From Actinomycetota bacterium (lineage in GTDB: Bacteria > Armatimonadota > SYMT01): 45,669 nucleotides of DNA. A program made the position numbers and the translations under genes. A model generated the notes under the pieces. That model saw only the letters and a list, made by a program, of their open reading frames with translations. It made no database searches and had not been told where the DNA came from. This document shows positions 1-7,157 of this stretch, piece after piece. The number at the start of each line of letters is the position of its first letter. The first letter of the stretch is position 1. The stretch covers positions 1 through 45,669 of the forward strand of contig SYMT01000400.1 in the NCBI GenBank assembly GCA_005805375.1. Reading direction: 5' to 3'.

Positions 1-20
1 CATTCCAAATCCCTCCTGTG
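1..20 (-). promoter_or_regulatory. RBS and start codon of a divergent gene that leaves the window on the left
   Basis: The reverse complement of 1-20 is CACAGGAGGGATTTGGAATG: AGGAGGG, a 7-nt spacer, then ATG at 3..1. The gene body lies outside the window. Confidence 0.35.
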
Positions 21-267
21 TTAGGTCTGCGTCGTCCCCAGGGCAGGCCAGCCGGGGCGCCGGTTTGCGACTGTTCTGGGGAACAATGGCGTGATGTTAG
101 CAGGAAACAAGTTCGATGCGGTGCATGTTTCCTCCTGTAGTGTTTCCGGCATTGTCGGATTGGGCCCATGCCGCTACAGGAGGGTGGAGCCGGCGGGGCG
201 AACAGCGAGGGTGGTTCCGAGGAAGCCTGTGGGAACCCTGGTCGGCTTCAACACAGTCGTCGAATCA

Positions 268-372
268 GGGGCTGGAAGGGGCTGGAAGGGGCTGGAAGGG
301 GCTGGAAGGGGCTGGAAGGGGCTGGAAGGGGCTGGAAGGGGCTGGAAGGGGCTGGAAGGGGCTGGTAAGGGG
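268..372 (+). repeat. 10-bp tandem repeat (GCTGGAAGGG), 9 perfect plus 2 degenerate copies, G-run array
   Basis: Perfect head-to-tail copies occupy 271-360. Degenerate copies flank them (..CAGGG before, GCTGGTAAGG at 361-370). The + strand carries 11 GGGG runs spaced about 10 nt apart. The array ends 3 nt before ATG 375. Confidence 0.95.
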
Positions 373-374
373 TC

Positions 375-1286
375 ATGGTGCGATCTGCTCGGTGGAGAAC
401 GGATGCGTGGGAGGGGTACCTCTTTGTCTCGCCCTGGTTGGTCGGGTTCCTGCTCTTCACGGCAGGGCCGATGGTTGTGTCTTTGGCGATGAGCTTCAGC
501 ACCTGGGATGGGATTACCCCCATCTCGCGCATTCGCTGGGTGGGTACCGAGAACTACGGGACGCTGCTGTTGGGTGATCCGCGGTTCGGCAAGGCGCTGG
601 GCAATACGATTCTGTACGTGCTGGGCGCTGTGCCGTTCGGGACCCTCAATGCGCTCGGGATGGCGCTGCTGCTGAATCAGGAGGTGCGGGGACAGGCGGT
701 GTTCCGCACGTTGTTCTACCTGCCCTCGGTTGTCTCCGGGGTAGCCACTTCGATGATGTGGATGTGGCTCTACAACCCGTCGTTCGGGCCGATCAATGAC
801 GCGCTCGCGCGGGTGGGTGTGCCGCAGGAACACCTCCCTGGATGGCTGACGGATCCGGCGTGGGCGCTCCCGGCGCTGGTCTTCATGTCATTCTGGGGGG
901 TTGGGAACTCGATGCTCATCTACCTGGCCGGTCTCCAGGGAGTGCCGCAGTCTCTCTATGAGGCCGCGGATCTCGACGGAGCCACTTCCTGGGTGCGGTT
1001 CCGCAATGTGACGCTGCCGATGCTCACACCTACGCTGTTATTCAACCTGGTGATGGGAATCATCGGGAGCTTCCAGACATTCACGCAGGCGTTCATCATG
1101 ACCAACGGCGGCCCGCAGGATGCGACGCTGTTCTACGTGCTCTACCTCTACCAGAAGGCATTCCAGCAGTTCAAGATGGGGTATGCGAGCGCGATGGCCT
1201 GGATCTTGTTCGCGATCGTCCTGTCGCTCACCCTCACGCTGCTGCGCAGCAGTCGGCGCTGGGTCTACTACGAGGGGGAGCGATGA
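375..1286 (+). CDS. Carbohydrate-type ABC transporter permease (MalF/UgpA-like)
   Basis: 303-aa ORF with a multi-TM profile. The N-terminus AWEGYLFVSPWLVGFLLFTAGPM and the EAA loop EAADLDGATSWVRFRNVTLPMLTP are typical of binding-protein-dependent permeases. Confidence 0.9.
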   Translation: MVRSARWRTDAWEGYLFVSPWLVGFLLFTAGPMVVSLAMSFSTWDGITPISRIRWVGTENYGTLLLGDPRFGKALGNTILYVLGAVPFGTLNALGMALLLNQEVRGQAVFRTLFYLPSVVSGVATSMMWMWLYNPSFGPINDALARVGVPQEHLPGWLTDPAWALPALVFMSFWGVGNSMLIYLAGLQGVPQSLYEAADLDGATSWVRFRNVTLPMLTPTLLFNLVMGIIGSFQTFTQAFIMTNGGPQDATLFYVLYLYQKAFQQFKMGYASAMAWILFAIVLSLTLTLLRSSRRWVYYEGER

Positions 1287-2182
1287 GGCAGGCGGGAATC
1301 GCCGGATCTGGGGGGCAGCCGCCGCCACGCAGGCGCCATTGGGTGCGACCTGCGATCGTCTGGTCTTACGTCGCTCTCGTGGGGCTCGGCGGGCTCTTCC
1401 TGGCTCCGTTCCTCTGGGCGCTCGCCGCCAGCTTCAAGACCAACGCGGCCATCTATGAGTATCCTCCCAATTTCCTCCCGCACCCGTTCCACCCGGAGAA
1501 CTACCGGATGGCGCTGACCGTGCTGCCGTTCTGGCAGTTCGCGTGGAATACGGTCGTAGTCACTCTCTCCTGCGTCCTGGGGCAACTGCTCACGGGAAGT
1601 CTCGTTGCCTACAGCTTTGCCCGCCTGCGGTGGCCGGGACGGGATGCCTGGTTTGTGGTGCTCCTCGGCACCATGATGCTGCCCCCCCAGGTGACGATGA
1701 TTCCCACCTTTGTCGGGTGGACCCAACTGCGCGCGGTCACCGGGGTGGACTGGGTGGATACGTACCGTCCACTCATCATTCCGAGCTATCTGGGCGGCAG
1801 TGGGGTGTTCATTTTCTTGATGCGGCAGTTTTTCAAGACGCTGCCGGTCGAGCTCGAGGATGCGGCGCGGATGGATGGGTGCAGCACATGGCTCACCTAT
1901 TGGAAGGTCGTGCTGCCGCTGTCACGCCCGGTACTGGCTACAGTCGCAGTGCTCTCCTTCATTGCTCACTGGCACGACTTCCTGGGACCCCTGATCTACC
2001 TGAACAGCGTGGATAAGTACACCATCCAGATCGGGCTGCGCATGTTCCAGGACATCAACGGCAGCCGGATGAATCTGCTCATGGCCGCCAGCATGATTGT
2101 CTTGCTTCCCGTACTGACACTCTTCTTTGCCGCACAACGGTACCTGGTAAAGGGCATCGTTCTCTCCGGTATCAAAGGGTAA
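1283..2182 (+). CDS. Carbohydrate-type ABC transporter permease (MalG/UgpE-like)
   Basis: 299-aa ORF. Its ATG overlaps the upstream stop as ATGA (1283-1286). EAA loop EDAARMDGCSTWLTYWKVVLPLSRP; multi-TM profile. Confidence 0.9.
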   Translation: MRQAGIAGSGGQPPPRRRHWVRPAIVWSYVALVGLGGLFLAPFLWALAASFKTNAAIYEYPPNFLPHPFHPENYRMALTVLPFWQFAWNTVVVTLSCVLGQLLTGSLVAYSFARLRWPGRDAWFVVLLGTMMLPPQVTMIPTFVGWTQLRAVTGVDWVDTYRPLIIPSYLGGSGVFIFLMRQFFKTLPVELEDAARMDGCSTWLTYWKVVLPLSRPVLATVAVLSFIAHWHDFLGPLIYLNSVDKYTIQIGLRMFQDINGSRMNLLMAASMIVLLPVLTLFFAAQRYLVKGIVLSGIKG

Positions 2183-2290
2183 GCCTGCACGGCCGTCCGA
2201 ATGTTGGTCCGGAGGGTCTCGCTGCGACTTTTGCTTGCTCCGGTGCGTCTGACTGACACAACGGGAACAGACGGCCACGGAGAAAGCACG

Positions 2291-3559
2291 ATGCAATACA
2301 AGCAAGGCGGGAAACGGGTCTGCGCACTCGCGGTGGCTCTCACCGCCGGCAGCACGATGATGGTCGGCGCCACGCCAAGGACTCCGCAGCACTCGGCAGA
2401 CGCAGGAGGGCGCTCCGCGGCCGGTCAACCTGGCGCGGCGCAACTGGCCCAATTGTTTGGACCTGGAAGTGGGGGTATCGGCCAGGGCGGCGGGTTCGGC
2501 CAGGGTGGCGGGTTCGGCCAGGGCGGCGGGTTCGGCCAGGGTGGCGGGTTCGGCCAGGGCGGCGGGTTCGGCCAGGGCGGCGGGTTCGGCCAGGGCGGCG
2601 GGTTCGGGCAGGGCGGCGGGCTCGGTCAGGGGAGTGGTTTTGGAAACCGGCAAGGGGGGATCGTCCCCGGCGGCGGCACATTTGTGCTGGCGGCGGGCCA
2701 GACTGCGACGCTTGCCGCTTTCTGCACGGAACTCACTGCTGACCCGCCGGACGAGACGACTCGTTTTCAGGTCGGCGAGGGGGCGCTGGTGGCGGCATCC
2801 GGTGGAACCACACTGCCGCTCGATCAGGCGATTCGCGCGGGGCTTGTGGGGATCCGCGGACACAGCCGTACCTTTGATCCTGCACGGCGGGATGGCAGCC
2901 TCGCCCTGGACCTGCATCTGGGGAACTTCTCCGGACAGCCGGTCCGCGTGACGCTGCCGCGGGGTACCCAACTCACACCGGAGGGAGGCGCAGCACAGTC
3001 CCTGCCCACCGGGGCGCAGCAACTCCTCGACCTGGCGGGACGGCAAGGTCTGACCCATCGCAACACCCTCCAATTCGCCGTATGGGCGGCGCGGGGGAGC
3101 ACGACCGAGGAGGTGGAGCAATCGTACCTTCAGGTGCTGCCTCCGACTGAGACGGTGAAGGTGCAAAGCCTCCTGGATCGCAGTGCGATCGCGCGCACGT
3201 TTGATCGGGATCGCGGAGTGTATGCGGCGCGTTTTGAGGCACAGAAGAAGGAGTTGGGGGCGAATGTGATCCGCGACGAGCGCACTGTGTTCCTCCCGAA
3301 TGCTACCCGCGCCACTGTGGAAACCTATCGCGCCCCGGACGGAAAAGGGCTGGTGCGCCTTCGCCCGGCGAAGGGCGGGGAGTTCTTCTGCCGGGCGAGT
3401 TTCAACTCTCGCCCCGGTGGAAAACAGGAAGTGGAGCTGCGGAACCTGGTCACCGGCCGCCGGATCCATGCACTGGGAGGCCGGCTCTTGCTGGGCAACC
3501 CCGGCGCCGGAACGACCCAGGCACAAACGGCCGGACTGCGACGGGCGGCTGCCGGATAG
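2291..3559 (+). CDS. Secreted hypothetical protein with a (GQGGGF)n glycine-rich repeat
   Basis: The ORF spans 2201-3559. The preferred start is ATG 2291, with GGAGA about 9 nt upstream, which gives the signal-like N-terminus MQYKQGGKRVCALAVALTAGSTMMVGA. A Gly repeat block follows, then a roughly 300-aa region with no motif I recognise. Confidence 0.7.
   Translation: MQYKQGGKRVCALAVALTAGSTMMVGATPRTPQHSADAGGRSAAGQPGAAQLAQLFGPGSGGIGQGGGFGQGGGFGQGGGFGQGGGFGQGGGFGQGGGFGQGGGFGQGGGLGQGSGFGNRQGGIVPGGGTFVLAAGQTATLAAFCTELTADPPDETTRFQVGEGALVAASGGTTLPLDQAIRAGLVGIRGHSRTFDPARRDGSLALDLHLGNFSGQPVRVTLPRGTQLTPEGGAAQSLPTGAQQLLDLAGRQGLTHRNTLQFAVWAARGSTTEEVEQSYLQVLPPTETVKVQSLLDRSAIARTFDRDRGVYAARFEAQKKELGANVIRDERTVFLPNATRATVETYRAPDGKGLVRLRPAKGGEFFCRASFNSRPGGKQEVELRNLVTGRRIHALGGRLLLGNPGAGTTQAQTAGLRRAAAG
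2480..2623 (+). repeat. 18-bp in-frame tandem repeat x8 (GGCCAGGGYGGCGGGTTC) encoding GQGGGF
   Basis: Eight consecutive 18-bp units differ only at a GGC/GGT wobble position and in the last unit (GQGGGL). The antisense ORF 2340-2681 (RRPGRT repeats) is the mirror artefact of this repeat. Confidence 0.95.
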
Positions 3560-3592
3560 GCTCGACCACCGGACTCCGGATGCGACCAACGT

Positions 3593-3630
3593 AAGAAGCC
3601 CGCCCCCGGCACTTCGGGAGCGGGCTTCTT
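3593..3630. terminator. Bidirectional terminator-like hairpin between the Gly-repeat gene and tRNA-Arg
   Basis: AAGAAGCCCGCCCCCG / CGGGAGCGGGCTTCTT forms a 16-bp stem with one mismatch and a 6-nt loop (GCACTT). It lies 34 nt after stop 3559 and 7 nt after the tRNA 3' end. The T-tract is weak (CTTCTTTG). Confidence 0.6.
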
Positions 3631-3637
3631 TGATGAG

Positions 3638-3709
3638 CGCCCTCGAGAGGAATCGAACCTCCGCACCCGGCTCCGGAGGCCGGTGCTCTATCCACTGAGC
3701 TACGAGGGC
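3638..3709 (-). tRNA. tRNA-Arg (anticodon CCG)
   Basis: The reverse complement is GCCCTCGTAGCTCAGTGGATAGAGCACCGGCCTCCGGAGCCGGGTGCGGAGGTTCGATTCCTCTCGAGGGCG. It has a 7-bp acceptor stem (GCCCTCG/CGAGGGC), D arm GCTC-AGTGGATA-GAGC, and anticodon stem CCGGC/GCCGG. The anticodon loop is CTCCGGA (U33, CCG, G37) and the T arm is GGAGG-TTCGATT-CCTCT. Length is 72 nt and CCA is not encoded. Confidence 0.95.
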
Positions 3710-3715
3710 ACGGGC

Positions 3716-3744
3716 ATGATACTCGACCCCATCGCCCCTGTCAA
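3716..3744 (-). promoter_or_regulatory. Near-consensus sigma70-type promoter for tRNA-Arg
   Basis: The minus strand reads TTGACA (3744..3739), a 17-nt spacer, then TATCAT (3721..3716). The -10 element ends 6 nt upstream of the mature tRNA 5' end (3709). Confidence 0.7.
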
Positions 3745-3863
3745 CGCCTTTCGCGGCCCTCTGCGGGCACGCCTGGCTGGTTACTGCCGATTGCCCCGGG
3801 TCTCTGCTATCATGATCCTCCAGCCCACGCACAGGCGCGTGGATCACACGTGCAGGTCCCCGG

Positions 3864-4202
3864 ATGCAGCGCTTGAACTTTACCCTCGACGAAGAGACGA
3901 TTCGTCTCCTCGACCAACTGGCACAGAAGTACTACCACGGGAACAAGTCACTTACCGTCAGGTCGGCGTTGGAGTCTCTCGCGGTCCATGCCGGGCATGA
4001 AGGGTGGAGTGTCGGTGGGTACACGGGTGTGGTAGCCGATGAGCGCACCCAGTGCCATACCTGCGGAGAGATGCACGACAAGGGAAATGTGCTCTACCGG
4101 CCGGTATTCCAGCGCGGGGATGGGCCGCGGGTGCTGACTCACCTGCCGGTGGAAATCTGGCTGGAGTGCGCGAGTTGTGTGGAACGCCAGGTGGTAGCTT
4201 GA
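3864..4202 (+). CDS. Ribbon-helix-helix (CopG-like) DNA-binding protein with a C-terminal CxxC...CxxC zinc-ribbon-like module
   Basis: 112 aa. The N-terminus MQRLNFTLDEETIRLLDQLAQKYYHGNKSLTVRSALESLA fits the RHH pattern (beta strand, helix, helix). The C-terminus carries QCHTCGEMH ... ECASCVE. Confidence 0.75.
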   Translation: MQRLNFTLDEETIRLLDQLAQKYYHGNKSLTVRSALESLAVHAGHEGWSVGGYTGVVADERTQCHTCGEMHDKGNVLYRPVFQRGDGPRVLTHLPVEIWLECASCVERQVVA

Positions 4203-4325
4203 GGCTGTGCCGGAGCAGGACCCTGCTGTAATTATCCACGCACATCCCCTGGCGGACTACAACGCGCATCCTGGTAGTGGTGGGCGCCCGCAGGCGTAAT
4301 GCAGGGTTCTTAACAACTTGCGGCA

Positions 4326-4342
4326 GGGATTCAGGTAATCCC
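4326..4342. promoter_or_regulatory. Perfect 6-bp inverted repeat GGGATT-N5-AATCCC (candidate operator)
   Basis: It sits in the 255-bp gap between the RHH gene and the P-type ATPase. No binding evidence exists; the call rests only on position and symmetry. Confidence 0.2.
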
Positions 4343-4456
4343 AGGCGCGTACAGGTGTATGCCATATACGGGGTGTTGGTGTGAGTGTGTGTCAGGGGTA
4401 GGTACTCTCAAGCACCCAGTTTTGCCGCCTTCCTGCCCTCATCACCCCTGCCAACG

Positions 4457-6475
4457 ATGCACCTTTTCAGTTCCAGCGATCCTGACCGTGCTCCGAATGA
4501 CCCTGCGAGTCAGCGCAGGGAGTCTACGCAGTCCCCTCACCCGGTTGTCCGCGCAGTAGTTGCCGATGGCGCCCAGCGTCCCTTGTCTGATGAGGCCCAT
4601 GGTGTCGAACCGGCCGATCTGCGGCGTGTGGTGTGCGTGGGGCTGGCGGTGCTCCTGACGAGTCTGGGCGTGGGGCGGCTGTCATCCGGGGTGAACTGGC
4701 TTGCGCTGACCGCCGTAATCATCGGTGGGATTCCGATCTATCGCCATGCCCTGGCGGCGCTGCGAGCCCACCGCATGACGATGGAGCTCTCGATGACGGT
4801 GGCGCTTGGGGCAGCACTGGGGATCGGCGAATCGTTCACCGCGCTCGTCATCGTGTTCTTTGTTCTGGGAGCGGAGATCCTGGAGGGGCTCACAGTTCAG
4901 CGGGGCCGGCAGGCCATTGAGAGATTGGTGGAGTTGCTCCCGCAGCAGGCACTGGTGCGGCACGGCGACCAGGTCATGACGGTTCCGGTCGGGGGTTTGC
5001 ACCCTGGTGACGTGGTGGTGGTGCGTCCCGGGAGCGCCATCCCGATTGACGGGATGGTGCTGGACGGGCATTCCGTTGTGGATCAGTCCACGATCACCGG
5101 TGAGTCGCGCCCTGTGGAAAAGTCAGCCGGCGCCGAAGTGTACGCCGGGACTATGAACCACGCCGGCTCGCTCGACATCCGTGTGGACCGTGTCGGAGGC
5201 GACACAGCGTACGGACGCATCATCCGCACGGTGGAAGATGCCGAGAAGACCCGGGCGCCGGTGCAGCGGGTGGCGGATCAACTTGCTGGCTACCTGGTCG
5301 TGGTAGCGGTGGTGCTCGCAGGGATTACGTTTCTGCTGACGCGAGATCTCCGGGCCACGATTTCGGTGGTCATCGTCGCCGGGGCCTGCGGGGTGGCAGC
5401 AGGCACTCCGCTGGCGCTGTTGGGTGCGATTGGGCGGGCAGCCCGGATGGGAGCGGTGATTAAAGGCGGGTTATACATCGAGACATTGGCTCGCGTGGAC
5501 ACCGTAGCGTTCGATAAGACAGGCACGCTTACCATCGGCCATCCTGCCGTCAGCGAGGTGGTCCCCGCGCCGGGCGTCTCCGAAGCAGAACTCCTGCGGG
5601 TAGCAGCGGTGTGCGAGGCGCCCTCGGAGCATCCTCTGGCCCTGGCGGTACTCCGTCGCGCAGAGGAGGCCGGGATTCAGCCGGCGGAGCCGACCGACTT
5701 CGACTACCTCCCCGGGAAGGGGGTCACAGTCTCGTACCGCGGCACTCCTGCCGTGGCGGGCTCAAGGGCATTTTTGCTGGAGCGGGGACTTACCGTGCCC
5801 GAGCCGCCGCCAGGCGAGCGCCCGGCCTCAGAAATCTGGGTGGCTCATGCGTCACGATGGCTGGGACGACTGCGTATCACGGACCCGGTGCGGCCGGAAG
5901 CGGCACAGGCATTGAAGGCGCTGCGCGCCTCCGGCGTGCGGACCCTGCTGCTGACCGGTGATGGGGAAGCCATCGCCCGGGACGTCGCTACCCAGGTAGG
6001 TCTCGATGACGTGCAGAGTTCCCTGCTCCCCCACGAGAAAGCAGAGCGCATTCGCTTGTTGCAGGCATCTGGTCGCACCGTCGCGATGCTGGGAGATGGC
6101 ATCAATGACGCTCCGGCGCTCACTGCTGCCGGCGTGGGTGTGGCGATGGGTTCGGGAACCGACGTGGCGCGGGAGAGTGCCGACGTCCTTTTGATCGGGA
6201 ACGACCTCTTGAAGTTCGTCGAAGTCTGGCAGCTCTGCCGCCGGTGTCGCCGCATCATCTTCGAGAACTTTGTGGGCACCCTCGTCGTTGATGCAATCGG
6301 GATGCTCCTGGCGGCGTTCGGCTTGCTCAGCCCGCTGCTGGCGGCGTTCATTCACGTGTCGTCCGAGTTGGGGTTTCTGCTCAACTCAGCGCGCTTGCTC
6401 CCTCGGAATGGAGGGGGAGCAGCACGGCGTACGAAAATGCCGGCGCCCGGCGCCGGCCGAGCAGCCCTGAAATAG
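4457..6475 (+). CDS. Heavy-metal (P1B-type) P-type ATPase, non-canonical, no N-terminal HMA domain
   Basis: Motifs present: ITGES (A domain), DKTGTLT (phosphorylation), SEHPLA (P1B HP motif), GDGINDAPAL (hinge). About 8 TM segments. The ORF opens at GTG 4385 and the first ATG is 4457, so the start is uncertain. The CPx position reads GAC (see findings). Confidence 0.85.
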   Translation: MHLFSSSDPDRAPNDPASQRRESTQSPHPVVRAVVADGAQRPLSDEAHGVEPADLRRVVCVGLAVLLTSLGVGRLSSGVNWLALTAVIIGGIPIYRHALAALRAHRMTMELSMTVALGAALGIGESFTALVIVFFVLGAEILEGLTVQRGRQAIERLVELLPQQALVRHGDQVMTVPVGGLHPGDVVVVRPGSAIPIDGMVLDGHSVVDQSTITGESRPVEKSAGAEVYAGTMNHAGSLDIRVDRVGGDTAYGRIIRTVEDAEKTRAPVQRVADQLAGYLVVVAVVLAGITFLLTRDLRATISVVIVAGACGVAAGTPLALLGAIGRAARMGAVIKGGLYIETLARVDTVAFDKTGTLTIGHPAVSEVVPAPGVSEAELLRVAAVCEAPSEHPLALAVLRRAEEAGIQPAEPTDFDYLPGKGVTVSYRGTPAVAGSRAFLLERGLTVPEPPPGERPASEIWVAHASRWLGRLRITDPVRPEAAQALKALRASGVRTLLLTGDGEAIARDVATQVGLDDVQSSLLPHEKAERIRLLQASGRTVAMLGDGINDAPALTAAGVGVAMGSGTDVARESADVLLIGNDLLKFVEVWQLCRRCRRIIFENFVGTLVVDAIGMLLAAFGLLSPLLAAFIHVSSELGFLLNSARLLPRNGGGAARRTKMPAPGAGRAALK

Positions 6476-6489
6476 CCCCATAGTGCTCG

Positions 6490-7080
6490 CTAATGCCCCG
6501 TTGCCTGTGCCAACCCTACGCACGCCACCACGACAATGACGAGTAGTGTGCCGCCGATCAGTCCCGCAGCCACCCGCGGACTCACGCTTTCCAGACGCTG
6601 GGCGACGGCATTCCATTCGGGACCAGCGGTGCGCGTGGCGGGGTATTCCGTACGCGCGACAAAACGAGGCCCAGGGTCTGGTGAACTGGGCTTGTCCTCC
6701 GGCCCCCTGGAGAGAGTGTCGGACGCCGCCGCCCGGGCCGCCGATTGCCGGGTTGCGTTTTTCCCCCCGGCGGAGGCCGCCGCAGTTGCGGCGGCCTCCG
6801 CCATTCGGGGCGGTACCCACGAGCCTGCCAGATCTGCGTGGGACACGCGGTTGGCTGCCATTTCCTCCAGAGTGCGTCCGCACTCTGCGCACTCTGCCAC
6901 AGAGGAAGGAAGGGCAGTCCAGCAGAAGCTGCAATAGAGACGCGCCGGCCCCGAAGCACGAGACGGGTGGCGCGTCTCCCCCGACCCCGGGCTCGCAATC
7001 AGTGCGGCCGCGAGGACGGCAGTGTCGTCCTTTTTCTTGCGCGTCGTGCGTCGCGCTCGAGTTTGCGTCTGAGCGTCCAT
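6490..7080 (-). CDS. Hypothetical zinc-ribbon protein with a C-terminal TM anchor
   Basis: 196 aa. It has a basic N-terminus, YCSFCWTALPSSVAECAECG (CxxC-N11-CxxC), a low-complexity linker, and the C-terminal hydrophobic helix AAGLIGGTLLVIVVVACVGLA. There is no clear SD. Competing + strand ORFs look like shadow ORFs. Confidence 0.5.
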   Translation of the reverse strand: MDAQTQTRARRTTRKKKDDTAVLAAALIASPGSGETRHPSRASGPARLYCSFCWTALPSSVAECAECGRTLEEMAANRVSHADLAGSWVPPRMAEAAATAAASAGGKNATRQSAARAAASDTLSRGPEDKPSSPDPGPRFVARTEYPATRTAGPEWNAVAQRLESVSPRVAAGLIGGTLLVIVVVACVGLAQATGH

Positions 7081-7157
7081 CGTTCAGGAATTATGGGCAA
7101 AGGGCCGCTGGTTCTGAAGTCCCACAAACGTGTGATACAGTAGCCGGGAGACCGCCC

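Noticed and set aside
268-372. Possible CRISPR array (also considered for 2480-2623)
   Set aside because: The units are directly abutting (10 and 18 bp) with no spacers and no cas genes, so these are simple tandem repeats.
91-833. Overlapping ORFs across the decamer array (GWKGLEGAGR... and PAPSSPFQPL... repeat proteins)
   Set aside because: All reading frames on both strands give periodic peptides simply because a 10-bp unit cycles through the frames every 30 bp. There is no independent coding signal, so I treated this as a non-coding repeat.
1922-3847. 641-aa minus-strand ORF, the longest in this part of the window
   Set aside because: It runs antisense through a permease gene, the Gly-repeat gene (mirror repeat PAALAEPAALAEP) and straight through the tRNA-Arg gene. 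Its Arg/Pro/Ala-rich composition is typical of GC-rich shadow ORFs. It has no motifs.
3864-4202. RHH protein as the antitoxin of a type II toxin-antitoxin pair
   Set aside because: No toxin-sized ORF precedes or follows it. Upstream is the tRNA promoter and downstream is 255 bp of non-coding DNA followed by the ATPase.
3638-7080. tRNA-adjacent genomic island carrying the metal pump
   Set aside because: There is no integrase or recombinase. I noticed no direct repeat of the tRNA 3' end and no obvious compositional shift, so the evidence is insufficient.
6546-7157. 204-codon N-terminal extension of the sdhC ORF
   Set aside because: The extension is Arg/Pro-rich with no TM or heme-ligand features. 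GTG 7158 with GGGAGA 6 nt upstream gives a normal cytochrome b558 subunit of about 233 aa. The region is better explained by the minus-strand zinc-ribbon ORF.
7081-7157. Sigma70-like promoter for sdhC (TTCTGA ... GATACA)
   Set aside because: Only 3/6 matches in each hexamer, which is no better than chance.
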